In this document: piece after piece, positions 38,937 through 48,324 of the stretch
Layout: every line of letters starts with the position of its first letter
How positions within the stretch are numbered: position 1 is the first letter of the stretch
Virus record (IMG/VR): IMGVR_UViG_3300011116_000796
Location: 55,655 to 119,654 of that record
Source: a virus
Strand: one strand, 5' to 3'
Length of the DNA: 64,000 bases
Translations under genes and position numbers: made by a program
The notes under the pieces: generated by a model
The model's input: the letters and a program-made list of their open reading frames with translations, nothing else
What the model was told of the DNA's origin: nothing
The model's database searches: none

Positions 38937-39563
38937 ATGTCACAATTTAGTATCGATGGATTCAGAGCAAATCTTGTAAATGGCGTAGCCAGAAACAACC
39001 TATTCCTAGTTCAGGGCAACTTTCCAAATGCAGGACTTGGTGCAGTCAATTTTGCAGCAGCGGCAGCGGGGGCTTTGCTTGGTGCCGCCGCAGCAGGAGC
39101 GGTAAATGCCGTTGCTGGTGCATTAGGAGCAGGAAGCCCAAACAATCAAGTTTCGTTTCTGGCAAAATCAGCATCTATTCCTAATAGTGTGTTGAATATA
39201 GGCACAGCAAATTATATGGGTCGGCAGTTTAAGTATCCTGCTGATCGCACGTTCAATGACTGGAATATCACAGTCTACAATGATGGAGCATATACTCTTC
39301 GTAAAGCGTTTGAATCGTGGCAAAATACAATTAACACGAATAAGACCAATGTTGGTCCAAATGCAATGAACACATTTATGACAGATTGGTATGTGTCTCC
39401 ACTTACCCGTGAAGGTAATGTGATTACTACTTATAAGTTCGTTGGATGCTGGCCTTCAACACTAGGCGAAATCGCCCTAGACATGGGTCAACAATCTGAG
39501 CCTTCAAATTTCCAAGTTACTATGACATATCAGTACTATGAAATTGCGAATGTCACCACTTGA
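38937..39563 (+). CDS. gp19: Tail tube protein gp19 with Ala/Gly-rich insertion
   Basis: AR.NLF.V, GR..K..ADRTF.DW.ITVYND, R.AFE.W...IN, Y.F.GCWP, F.VT..YQY; follows gp18. Confidence 0.92.
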   Translation: MSQFSIDGFRANLVNGVARNNLFLVQGNFPNAGLGAVNFAAAAAGALLGAAAAGAVNAVAGALGAGSPNNQVSFLAKSASIPNSVLNIGTANYMGRQFKYPADRTFNDWNITVYNDGAYTLRKAFESWQNTINTNKTNVGPNAMNTFMTDWYVSPLTREGNVITTYKFVGCWPSTLGEIALDMGQQSEPSNFQVTMTYQYYEIANVTT

Positions 39564-39566
39564 TCC

Positions 39567-39573
39567 ATAAATA
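39567..39573 (+). promoter_or_regulatory. Late promoter before gp20
   Basis: ATAAATA in intergenic gap. Confidence 0.75.
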
Positions 39574-39617
39574 AGAAGACGCTCTCCCAGGATCAAGAAT
39601 AGGAGCGATAATATATC

Positions 39618-41123
39618 ATGGCAGAACTATTTGGATTCAAACTAGAGCGGTCCAAGAAGCAGAAGGAAAACTTCAAAGCACTAAAGTCGTTCGTGGTTCC
39701 AACCTCGGACGATGGTGCCATTCCAGTAGAAGCCGGTGGTTTCTATGGTCAATATGTTGACCTAGACGGAACGATAAGAAATGACTTTGAATTGGTCATG
39801 AAATATCGTGAAATGGCAATGGACCCCATTACAGAGATTGCTGTTGATGATATTGTCAACGAATCAATTGTTCTTGGTGAAAAGAAAGCACCTGTGAAGA
39901 TCATACTTGATCGTCTGAAACAGCCAGACAGCATCAAAGAGAAGATTCATGAAGAGTTTCGTAACATTCTGAGAGTGTTGCAGTTTGAAACTAAAGGAGC
40001 AGACATCTTTCGCAGATGGTATGTGGACAGCCGAATCTATTTCCACATCATAGTTGATGAAGAGAATCCACAGAAGGGCATTCTTGAGTGCCGATATGTT
40101 GACCCGATGAATATCACGAAGATTCGTGAGTTCAAGAAAGAGACACTCAAGGACGGCACGAAAGTCATCGCTGGATATCATGACTTCTACATCTACAACA
40201 AGGATAATCCCCGTCAGGGTGGAAATGTCAGCGGAACGAAAATCAGCGACGATGCAATTGCATTCTGTTCGTCAGGATTGATGGACTCTCGTTACAAGAG
40301 AATCGTTGGATTCCTCCACAAAGCAATCAAACCACTTAATCAATTGAGAATGCTTGAGGACGCTGTTGTGATCTATCGCATCAGCCGTGCCCCTGAACGA
40401 AGAATCTTCTATATCGATGTCGGTAATCTTCCGAAGACCAAGGCTGAAGCATATGTGAAGGGGCTTATGAATCAGTATCGTAATCGATTAGTTTACGATG
40501 CCAACACAGGTGATATTCGTGATGACCGTAAGTTCATGAGTATGCTTGAAGACTATTGGCTCCCTCGTCGTGAAGGTAGCAAGGGAACAGAAATTACTAC
40601 TCTACAGGGTGGTGCGAATCTGGGTGAACTCACCGATGTGGTGTACTTCCAAAAGAAACTATATCGTGCCTTGTCAGTACCAGTAAGTCGCCTTGAGCAG
40701 GACAAGCAATTCATGCTTGGGCGTTCTACGGAAATCACCCGTGATGAGGTTCGATTTACGAAGTTTATTCACAGACTTCGAACTAGATTTAGTGAGTTAT
40801 TCTTCGATTTGCTCAAAAAGCAGTTGATTTTGAAGAAAATCATCACTCAAGATGATTGGCCGGACTTGCGGGAATCTGTCTACTTCGACTTCGTGAAAGA
40901 TAATCTATTCACCGAATTGAAGAATAGCGAAGTCCGCAAAAACCAAATAGATGAATTGGGGAACATTAAACCATACATAGGTAAGTACTATTCTCATGAA
41001 TGGGTGCGGAGAAATGTTCTTGGTCAATCCGAAGCAGACATTCGGGATATGGATCGGCAAATTGAGAGAGAACGCAATGCAGGCAAGATCGAACCCGATA
41101 CTTCACAGTTCGGCCTTGCATAA
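39618..41123 (+). CDS. gp20: Portal protein gp20
   Basis: FRRWYVD.R, LHKAIKPLNQLRMLEDAVVIYRISRAPERRIFYIDVGNLPK.KAE, EDYWLPRREG..GTEITTL.G. Confidence 0.97.
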   Translation: MAELFGFKLERSKKQKENFKALKSFVVPTSDDGAIPVEAGGFYGQYVDLDGTIRNDFELVMKYREMAMDPITEIAVDDIVNESIVLGEKKAPVKIILDRLKQPDSIKEKIHEEFRNILRVLQFETKGADIFRRWYVDSRIYFHIIVDEENPQKGILECRYVDPMNITKIREFKKETLKDGTKVIAGYHDFYIYNKDNPRQGGNVSGTKISDDAIAFCSSGLMDSRYKRIVGFLHKAIKPLNQLRMLEDAVVIYRISRAPERRIFYIDVGNLPKTKAEAYVKGLMNQYRNRLVYDANTGDIRDDRKFMSMLEDYWLPRREGSKGTEITTLQGGANLGELTDVVYFQKKLYRALSVPVSRLEQDKQFMLGRSTEITRDEVRFTKFIHRLRTRFSELFFDLLKKQLILKKIITQDDWPDLRESVYFDFVKDNLFTELKNSEVRKNQIDELGNIKPYIGKYYSHEWVRRNVLGQSEADIRDMDRQIERERNAGKIEPDTSQFGLA

Positions 41124-41131
41124 AGGAAGAT

Positions 41132-41827
41132 ATGGACGAACAGACAGGAGACATTCTCAAGTCAGTCATCGAAACTCTTATGAAGAAAGAGGCGGGAAAA
41201 TTCCGTGCCATCATTCAGAAAGAGTTGGCATCTAAAGTACACACTAAGATCGAAGAACTGAAGAAGGCTCTATCTGTAAACATTGCTAGCGAACCAAAGA
41301 CGGTAAATGAAATTCCGATGGCACCCTCTGCTCCTGTTACAACGACACCGACGAACAGCATGGATACGATGGGTACAGGTTCACCCGCACCAGTTAAACC
41401 CCTGAAGCCTAAAGATATCAAGATAGTCCCGACAGCGGCAGGAGCAAATAAAGACGATGTGACACTTGACCCGAACTTCGAAAAGGAGTTCTATGTCAAT
41501 TCATACGACTACAAAGGACAGAAAGTTATTGTTAAGCAAGTGGGAACGGGATTTGGCAAACCCGTTCGTATTTACATCAACGATAGAAGATGGGAGTTCT
41601 TTCCTGGTCCTAAAACTGCTGAGAAAGCAACCAAGACATACATTGATCAGTTGATGAAAGATGCTAAGAAAGATCCAGATCTTGCAATTAGCATGACGAA
41701 GAAAGTTGAAAACGACAAAAAGGCTGGATTCGCTGAACCGCCGCCCGAAATTCAAACTTCAGTTACGAAGTCAGATACATCGACAAAAACAGTTGATTCA
41801 TCTAAACCAAAGAAGATGAAGAAGTAA
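41132..41827 (+). CDS. Hypothetical protein, likely prohead core/internal protein (gp67 position)
   Basis: Directly after portal; N-terminal helix resembling gp67-like proteins; Lys/Pro-rich. Confidence 0.65.
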   Translation: MDEQTGDILKSVIETLMKKEAGKFRAIIQKELASKVHTKIEELKKALSVNIASEPKTVNEIPMAPSAPVTTTPTNSMDTMGTGSPAPVKPLKPKDIKIVPTAAGANKDDVTLDPNFEKEFYVNSYDYKGQKVIVKQVGTGFGKPVRIYINDRRWEFFPGPKTAEKATKTYIDQLMKDAKKDPDLAISMTKKVENDKKAGFAEPPPEIQTSVTKSDTSTKTVDSSKPKKMKK

Positions 41828-41837
41828 GGAAGATTAT

Positions 41838-42395
41838 ATGGAAAATCCAAACAAACTTCAAGAGACTGTGCAAATTGATGGAAGAACTAAGATGTACAAA
41901 GAGACCGTTGCTCGTCTTGAGCAGGCTAGAAAACTGCGGGAAGAACGCAAGAAAGCCATGCAAGAAAATAAGTACAACGGTCTTTATGATGATGGATCAG
42001 GAAAGGGCGCATTTGTTCCCGAGCCAATAATCAAACGAGGAGCCGCAATGGAAAGCAAAGACATAGTTGCAAACGCAATGAAGATGGTTGAGATGTATAA
42101 GAAACTCCGTGAAGAGAAAAAGAAAACTCTCATGGGAGCAAAAAAGGAGTCTGTTCAGTCTGAACCCATCAACGACGATAAGAAGTTGACTAGAGGACAG
42201 ATGATGGACGCTATCGGCATGAATAACACAGGTAAATTTGAAGTCAGCGAAGAGGAACTCTCACCCAAGCAAAAGGCATATCGGGCGTTCTTTGAGAAAG
42301 CACTCAAGAAGTTCGGTAAGAAATCTCCTGCTGCTATGGACGATGGTGAAAAGAAGAAGTTCTTCGATTATGTGAAAGCGAATTGGAAAGGATAA
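41838..42395 (+). CDS. Putative prohead core/internal head protein
   Basis: Charged protein with L/M-x-E sites (LQE, MQE, LREE); shares a 19-aa motif with scaffold gp22; SD GGA. Confidence 0.7.
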   Translation: MENPNKLQETVQIDGRTKMYKETVARLEQARKLREERKKAMQENKYNGLYDDGSGKGAFVPEPIIKRGAAMESKDIVANAMKMVEMYKKLREEKKKTLMGAKKESVQSEPINDDKKLTRGQMMDAIGMNNTGKFEVSEEELSPKQKAYRAFFEKALKKFGKKSPAAMDDGEKKKFFDYVKANWKG

Positions 42396-42679
42396 TGCTG
42401 AAACTTCAAATCACATTTAAACTTCCAAAAACCACAAATGACTTTGCGGCGAAGTTTAAATCTGCAAATATCAGAGGGGCTTCGGTAGAAAAAGTCTCAG
42501 ATAAATTATTGATTATAGATTGCGAGGACAAAAAAACTTATTCTCTAGTCAAGCAATTCATTTCCAATAAAGACAATTGGAAATCTCCTGATCCAAAAAT
42601 CAAATTATCGCAACAGTCAGCATCAACAAACAGCAACGAAACACTCAAATTAAATGCCAAGTCTCAAAGTCAATTTTAA
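42395..42679 (+). CDS. Hypothetical protein, paralogue of the N-terminus of the next ORF
   Basis: ATG at 42395 overlaps upstream TAA; L.I.FK.PK...F...F....I.G...........II...DKK....VKQ.I shared with 42654 ORF. Confidence 0.6.
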   Translation: MLKLQITFKLPKTTNDFAAKFKSANIRGASVEKVSDKLLIIDCEDKKTYSLVKQFISNKDNWKSPDPKIKLSQQSASTNSNETLKLNAKSQSQF

Positions 42680-43103
42680 AACCCCAAAACAATCCAAGGA
42701 GTTCATGAAGAACTTCAGTGTACTGGGACTGAAAGGTACCACTGCGAATGAGCAGGGTGGGGCAATTATAATTAAGACTCCCGACAAAAAGTCTCACGAA
42801 TTTGTGAAACAGATGATAAATGACTTAAAAGCAGACATGAAATTGGAGCAAGTATCTGCAAATATGGTAAACGCTATCATCGAATCCAATGATAGTGGCG
42901 AAAATTTGGTTGTAAAAACACTAGACGGCTCTGAGGTCATAGTGACACCAAAATTATCAAGTGAATTTATTCATTTACACGACAACATAATTAATGAGGA
43001 CAATTTATCCTCTGTTTTGATTAGTCTACTCATAGAAAGTAAAGATTCGTTTGAGAAGACAAGCAATTTCGTGAATAAACTACCAAAGAATGAGAGCAAA
43101 TAA
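42654..43103 (+). CDS. Hypothetical protein (prohead region)
   Basis: 149-aa ORF coupled to the downstream gene by TAATG. Confidence 0.7.
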   Translation: MPSLKVNFKTPKQSKEFMKNFSVLGLKGTTANEQGGAIIIKTPDKKSHEFVKQMINDLKADMKLEQVSANMVNAIIESNDSGENLVVKTLDGSEVIVTPKLSSEFIHLHDNIINEDNLSSVLISLLIESKDSFEKTSNFVNKLPKNESK

Positions 43104-43561
43104 TGTCAGCAAGTATTAAAACCGATTTAGTAATTACTAAAAATAGATATGTTGTATTATTAAATTTTCCAACCACAGCCCAATCATTTGTAATTGGTCT
43201 TACGAATACCGCTTTTGATGCTATTCGTGGTGAAACGGGAGAGAGAATATTTGCACAATCGGGTATTACAAACAATTCTGCTGAGATCACACGAATAATG
43301 TATACCACGGCGTCATCATCAAATAGTGTTTTACTACGTTGGGGCCAAGAAGGGCACATTAATGGTCCAACTGCATTCATTTGTCAAGGTCAAGTTGGCG
43401 ATTTTAATTTTGAGAGAATGGCAATTAAAAATACTGCAACTGGTCCGAGTGGAACACTAGTTGTAACAACTGTGGGAGGAGGAAACACCCCTACAAGTGT
43501 GTTGCTTGAATTTGCTGTTGGATCTGGATCCATTACTCCTCCTGGCTATCTCAGTCTATAA
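43103..43561 (+). CDS. Hypothetical beta-rich protein, probable virion component
   Basis: 152 aa, immediately upstream of gp21; carries several G-x-T motifs. Confidence 0.7.
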   Translation: MSASIKTDLVITKNRYVVLLNFPTTAQSFVIGLTNTAFDAIRGETGERIFAQSGITNNSAEITRIMYTTASSSNSVLLRWGQEGHINGPTAFICQGQVGDFNFERMAIKNTATGPSGTLVVTTVGGGNTPTSVLLEFAVGSGSITPPGYLSL

Positions 43562-43572
43562 GGAACTCAAAC

Positions 43573-44220
43573 ATGAAACTTATCACAGAAGTAAACGAAG
43601 GTATCGAAATCATCACCGAAGCCACAGCAAGTGGCGAGAAGAAGTACACCATTGAAGGAACATTTCTTCAGGGAGATATTACGAACCGAAACAAGCGTAA
43701 GTATCCGTTTGAGATGTTGAAGACGAAAGTCAATGACTACATCAAAGAGTTTGTCAATCAGAAGAGAGCATTCGGTGAATTGGGTCACCCAGATGGTCCA
43801 ACCATCAATCTTGAGCGTGTGTCGCACATGATTACTGAACTACAGGCTGATGGTAAGAACTTTTACGGTAAAGCAAAAATTATGGATACCCCATACGGAA
43901 AGATCGTAAAGAATCTTATCGATGAGGGTGCAAAGTTAGGTGTTTCAAGTCGTGGCATCGGTTCAATCGAAGAGAAGAATGGCGTAAATGTTGTTAAAGA
44001 TGATTTTCGCCTTGCAACCGCTGCTGACATAGTTGCAGATCCGTCTGCTCCAGACGCATTTGTTCGTGGAGTGATGGAAGGAAAAGAATGGATTTATGAG
44101 AACGGAATCCTCAAAGAAAAAGATATTGATGAGATCCGTCGTGAGATCAGCCGAACATCATCCCGCAAATTAGAGGAAGCCTGCATGAAGGCATTCCAAC
44201 GCTTTATATCGAAACTTTAA
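43573..44220 (+). CDS. gp21: Prohead protease gp21
   Basis: MKLITE, IEG.FLQ, NRN.R.YP, AFGELGHPDGPTINLERVSH, LGVSSRG, ADIVADPSAPDAFV. Confidence 0.97.
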   Translation: MKLITEVNEGIEIITEATASGEKKYTIEGTFLQGDITNRNKRKYPFEMLKTKVNDYIKEFVNQKRAFGELGHPDGPTINLERVSHMITELQADGKNFYGKAKIMDTPYGKIVKNLIDEGAKLGVSSRGIGSIEEKNGVNVVKDDFRLATAADIVADPSAPDAFVRGVMEGKEWIYENGILKEKDIDEIRREISRTSSRKLEEACMKAFQRFISKL

Positions 44221-44226
44221 CCCTTA

Positions 44227-44233
44227 CTAAATA
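44227..44233 (+). promoter_or_regulatory. Late promoter before gp22
   Basis: CTAAATA in intergenic gap. Confidence 0.8.
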
Positions 44234-44254
44234 ACCCTTACGAAGGAGACATCC

Positions 44255-45367
44255 ATGTCCGACGCTAACGAAGAAATTGAACAGATCATCGATGAACTGC
44301 TTGAAGATTCAAGCGACACTACCATCGAAGAAGAAGAATCGAAGACCGCTCAAAAAGCCAATCTGACGAAGGTTGGAAAGAAGCCCGTTCCTCCTACTAA
44401 AACTAAGAAAGAAATGACTGAAGAGGAAGAAGAGGAAGAAGAGTTGGCATCGGAACAAGCCGTAACCAATGCTTCGAAGAGAGGCTCTGGCAAGGGTAAG
44501 TATGTTGGTCTTTACAAGGACGGGACTGGTAAAGGAGCAGAAGTTCCTGAGCCAGTCGCTACCGATACATCAGACTCGGGGAGCAAGTTGTCCGCTAATG
44601 TGAAGGCTAAGAAGTCGATGCGTGAAGACATCGAAACCCACATGGATGCCATGTTTGACGGTGAAGAACTCACAGAAGACTTTAAGACCAAGGCTTCGAC
44701 AATCTTCGAAGCCGCTCTTCAGGAGCGTGTTGATGCTATTCAAGCAGAATTGCAAGAAGAGTATCAGAGCCGTCTTGTCGATGAAGTCGATGAGATCAAG
44801 AAGGGACTCACCGAACAACTCGACTCATACCTTTCGTATGTTGTTGAAGAGTGGATGGAAGAGAACCGTCTGGCTGTCGAAAAGGGAATCCGCACTGAGA
44901 TTGCAGAAGAATTCATGCAAGGACTTCGTAATCTGTTCCTTGAGCATGACATCTCGGTTCCCGAAAGCAAGGTCGATCTCACTGATCAACTTGCAGAAAC
45001 CGTCGAGAGCATCAAGGGTCAACTTGATGAGGAGATGAACAAGAACATCGAACTCAAGAGTGAGATCGCAAAGTATCGTCGGGCACAGATCCTTGAAGAG
45101 GCTTCTGCTGACCTTGCCGATACTCAAAAGGAAAGATTTGCTGTGCTTGCTGAAGGAATCACCTTCGAAACAGAAGATGACCTCCGTAAGAAGGCACAGA
45201 TAATCAAGGAGTCGTACTTCAATCATAAGAAGCCCGTACTCCGTGAGGAAGCAATAGCAACCTCACATGAAGGAAGCATTGATGAAGTGGCAACTCCATC
45301 GACGGAGACTCTATCAGAATCAATGGCTAGTTATGCACAGACCTTGTCACGGCTGAACCGCCGCTGA
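44255..45367 (+). CDS. gp22: Prohead core scaffold protein gp22
   Basis: ELTEDFK.KASTIFEAAL, LDSYLSYVVEEWMEENRLAVE.GIRTEIAE.FM.GL..LF.EH, IIKESYF. Confidence 0.95.
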   Translation: MSDANEEIEQIIDELLEDSSDTTIEEEESKTAQKANLTKVGKKPVPPTKTKKEMTEEEEEEEELASEQAVTNASKRGSGKGKYVGLYKDGTGKGAEVPEPVATDTSDSGSKLSANVKAKKSMREDIETHMDAMFDGEELTEDFKTKASTIFEAALQERVDAIQAELQEEYQSRLVDEVDEIKKGLTEQLDSYLSYVVEEWMEENRLAVEKGIRTEIAEEFMQGLRNLFLEHDISVPESKVDLTDQLAETVESIKGQLDEEMNKNIELKSEIAKYRRAQILEEASADLADTQKERFAVLAEGITFETEDDLRKKAQIIKESYFNHKKPVLREEAIATSHEGSIDEVATPSTETLSESMASYAQTLSRLNRR

Positions 45368-45384
45368 CCAAATAGTTTCATTCG

Positions 45385-45391
45385 CTAAATA
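45385..45391 (+). promoter_or_regulatory. Late promoter before gp23
   Basis: CTAAATA in intergenic gap. Confidence 0.8.
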
Positions 45392-45429
45392 AAACCGTAC
45401 TAAAAGTACTCAACTTAGGAGAACCCAAA

Positions 45430-46785
45430 ATGGATCTAACCATTTCAGAAGCACTTCAGAAGAAGTGGAAGCCAATTCTTGAGCATGCGGACCTTCCAGA
45501 AATCAAGGACGCATACAAGAGGGCTGTTACGACAATGCTGCTGGAAAACCAGGAGCAGTACCTCAAGGAAGCCGCACCCACTAACTTTGCAGGAACCATG
45601 CCCGATACCGGCGGTGTTGCAAAGTGGGATCCGATTCTTATTTCGCTCGTCCGTCGTGCAATGCCGAACCTGATCGCCTATGATATCTGTGGTGTTCAGC
45701 CGATGAGTGGCCCGACTGGCCTTATCTTCGCCATGCGTAGCCGCTACATTAATCAAAATGGCCCTGAGGCTCTGTATCAGGAAGCAGATACGGCATTCGG
45801 TGGTTCAGGCTCAACTGGTGTTACGGCTGATGGTGTCTATAACACATCAACATTTGCAGCAAACTCGACGGGTGTTGATCCTTTCGAAACTGCGAACGGT
45901 CCTACCAAGCCGTCATCAGCAGGCGGAATCGCACGGTCAACACTTGATGGCGAAGCCCTCGGTGACACGACTACTAACGCATTCCCGCAGATGGCATTCA
46001 GCATTGAAAAGACCACGGTCGAAGCAAAGACCCGTGCTTTGAAGGCTGAGTATACGATGGAACTCGCACAGGACTTGAAGGCAATCCACGGTCTCGACGC
46101 TGAAACCGAACTCGCCAACATCCTGTCGAGTGAAATCCTCGCTGAAATTAACCGTGAAGTGGTTCGCACTCTGTATCAAACCGCTAAGTTGGGTGCCCGT
46201 GCAGGGACCACTCAGACCGCTGGCGTGTTTGATCTAAACATCGACTCAAACGGTCGTTGGAGCGTTGAAAAGTTCAAGGGTCTGCTCTACCAGATTGAGC
46301 GTGAATGCAATATGATTGCCAAGGAAACTCGTCGTGGCAAGGGCAACTTCGTCCTTTGCTCGGCAGATGTCGCCTCGGCACTCAGCATGGCAGGCATCCT
46401 TGACTATGCACCGGCTCTTTCAACCAACCTGAATGTGGACGATACGGGTAACACCTTCGCTGGTGTGCTGAACGGTCGTCTGCGTGTGTACATCGATCCT
46501 TACGCTTCGATGACAACATCACACGACTTCTTCATGGTTGGTTATAAGGGATCGTCGGCATATGACGCTGGTATGTTCTACTGCCCGTATGTTCCGCTGC
46601 AAATGGTTCGTGCAGTTGGTGAGCAGTCCTTCCAGCCGAAGATCGGCTTCAAGACCCGTTATGGTCTGGTGAACAATCCGTTCGCCACGATTAAGGACAA
46701 TCTGACTATCTCAGATCCTTATTCAGCAGCAGCCAAGCGGTCAAACTGCTACTACCGCATCGTGAAGGTCACGAACCTGTTCTGA
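45430..46785 (+). CDS. gp23: Major capsid protein gp23
   Basis: KW.PIL.H, LLENQE, DPILISLVRRAMPNLIAYDICGVQPMSGPTGLIFAMR, AKTRALKAEYTMELAQDLKAIHGLDAE.ELANIL, FQPKIGFKTRYG. Confidence 0.98.
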   Translation: MDLTISEALQKKWKPILEHADLPEIKDAYKRAVTTMLLENQEQYLKEAAPTNFAGTMPDTGGVAKWDPILISLVRRAMPNLIAYDICGVQPMSGPTGLIFAMRSRYINQNGPEALYQEADTAFGGSGSTGVTADGVYNTSTFAANSTGVDPFETANGPTKPSSAGGIARSTLDGEALGDTTTNAFPQMAFSIEKTTVEAKTRALKAEYTMELAQDLKAIHGLDAETELANILSSEILAEINREVVRTLYQTAKLGARAGTTQTAGVFDLNIDSNGRWSVEKFKGLLYQIERECNMIAKETRRGKGNFVLCSADVASALSMAGILDYAPALSTNLNVDDTGNTFAGVLNGRLRVYIDPYASMTTSHDFFMVGYKGSSAYDAGMFYCPYVPLQMVRAVGEQSFQPKIGFKTRYGLVNNPFATIKDNLTISDPYSAAAKRSNCYYRIVKVTNLF

Positions 46786-46825
46786 TCGGTAAAGGTCACC
46801 CTGTTCTACAGGGAATTTCGCTACG

Positions 46826-46862
46826 GGGCTGTGAGGAGAAATCTTCACAGCCCTTTTCCTTT
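46826..46862 (+). terminator. Rho-independent terminator after gp23
   Basis: gggctgtgagga-gaaa-tcttcacagccc stem-loop followed by ttttccttt. Confidence 0.9.
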
Positions 46863-46866
46863 GGTT

Positions 46867-46873
46867 CTAAATA
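46867..46873 (+). promoter_or_regulatory. Late promoter before gp3-like pair
   Basis: CTAAATA right after the gp23 terminator. Confidence 0.8.
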
Positions 46874-46879
46874 AATGAG

Positions 46880-47422
46880 ATGGGAAATACTCCAAACATT
46901 CCTGATGACAGAATTGCTGGTATTCTAAATCAGCAACCTCCTAATACTAATGTTGCCTATGCATCAAATTTTCGACTATTCATACCAAAGGTGAAACTGG
47001 GGGTGTATTTCTGCACCGAGGTTACATTTCCTGGTTGGGAATGTCCACCGGTTAGATTACCAATTCGGTTTGCACCATCACTGAAATTTTGGGGGAACAA
47101 AGTCACCCATGGAGAAATATCAGTAAAGTTCATAGTGAACGAAGATTATTCAAACTACTATGAGATGAGCGATTGGTTCAAAAAGAGTCTTGTGTGGGAA
47201 GATTTCTTCAAGAACGGAACTGATGTACAATTATTGACAAACACCGCACATCTTCTCATATTGTCTAACAAGAAGAATCCCGTTGCCACATTTAAGATAA
47301 ATGGACTTATGATAACAGGACTATCATCTATTGATTATAATAGTGGAACAACCGATGCACCAATCACAACGGCGACCGCTACCATGCAATTTTCAACTTA
47401 CGATCTTGAGGAGTTCAAGTGA
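46880..47422 (+). CDS. Tail tube terminator gp3-like protein (copy 1)
   Basis: NFRL.I......YFC..V..PG, F.V.ED..NY.E...W, L.IL.NK.NP motifs of gp3/gp19 fold; usual position after gp23 in T4-like cyanophages. Confidence 0.8.
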   Translation: MGNTPNIPDDRIAGILNQQPPNTNVAYASNFRLFIPKVKLGVYFCTEVTFPGWECPPVRLPIRFAPSLKFWGNKVTHGEISVKFIVNEDYSNYYEMSDWFKKSLVWEDFFKNGTDVQLLTNTAHLLILSNKKNPVATFKINGLMITGLSSIDYNSGTTDAPITTATATMQFSTYDLEEFK

Positions 47423-47961
47423 TGAATCCACAACCTCAAATCGAAAATTTTGAACGGTTTGGTATACTTGGTAATCAAGCCATCAATACGAATCTGGCTC
47501 TAAACACAAACTTCAGGTTTATTCTGAAGAAAATTCCATATACAACATATTTCTGTACGTCGATTACTACACCATCATCAACATCCGAGCCAATGAGTTA
47601 TGATTACATAACTGCTGCACAACTTAAATTGCCCGGAGGAAGAACTAATACTGATATTTCTATACGGTTCATTATATCCGAAGACTTCAAGAACTATATG
47701 GAAATAGTCAATTGGTTTAGATACAGTGTTGCTTATCGTGATTTTTCGAAGATAGAACCAGAGAGTATAGTTGGTCCTTCGGATGGTCAAATGCTTCTAT
47801 TGAACAATAAGAAGAATCCCATCTACATGATCAACTACAGAAATTTGATACCAACAAATCTATCTGGATTTACATTAACCAATTCCGAGAGCGAGCCGTC
47901 TGTTTTGACTGCAACAATTCAGTTTGTTTATGATACTTACAGCGTAAACAAACTCAATTAA
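47422..47961 (+). CDS. Tail tube terminator gp3-like protein (copy 2)
   Basis: NFRFILKKIP..TYFCTS...P, FIISEDFKNYMEI.NW, LLNNKKNP, PTNLSG; TGATG coupling. Confidence 0.8.
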   Translation: MNPQPQIENFERFGILGNQAINTNLALNTNFRFILKKIPYTTYFCTSITTPSSTSEPMSYDYITAAQLKLPGGRTNTDISIRFIISEDFKNYMEIVNWFRYSVAYRDFSKIEPESIVGPSDGQMLLLNNKKNPIYMINYRNLIPTNLSGFTLTNSESEPSVLTATIQFVYDTYSVNKLN

Positions 47962-48015
47962 GGTTTAGGTCTAATCGGTTTACTAGCAGATTTGGAAGAT
48001 CCTTTGGATCTGCGA

Positions 48016-48324
48016 TCAGTTGAACGAAGAGGTTTTGCCGCTCTCATCGGTTTCATTGTTGATTTTCTTCTGGGCATTCTCTATCTCCATTTGAATTTTT
48101 TCAATACGAGAGACTATCTCTACATTGTTTGAAACTAATTTCTTCGCATTGATTATGAGTTCTTTAGGACAATTCTTTACTGATTCAAGGTTCTTGATTG
48201 TTTTGATTAGTTGCTTTGTATTGCTATCGTAAAAACTCCTCATGGAGTAAAGTTTCTCTTTCTTAATATTATCCGGTAAAGATCGGAACCACTCAACTAT
48301 TTCAAGAGCCGATTTGTCATCCAT
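48016..48324 (-). CDS. Hypothetical protein
   Basis: 102-aa ORF with SD GGAG upstream; coiled-coil character. Confidence 0.65.
   Translation of the reverse strand: MDDKSALEIVEWFRSLPDNIKKEKLYSMRSFYDSNTKQLIKTIKNLESVKNCPKELIINAKKLVSNNVEIVSRIEKIQMEIENAQKKINNETDESGKTSSFN

Noticed and set aside
44418-44445. GAA/GAG-rich run in gp22
   Set aside because: Simply encodes a poly-Glu tract typical of scaffold proteins
44570-46179. Several antisense and alternate-frame ORFs over gp22/gp23
   Set aside because: Expected shadows of strongly biased codon usage in highly expressed genes; no SD or recognisable motifs
35332-46785. Introns, inteins or homing endonucleases in terminase, sheath, portal or capsid genes
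   Set aside because: All ORFs are continuous and of normal length; no intein, HNH, GIY-YIG or LAGLIDADG motifs seen
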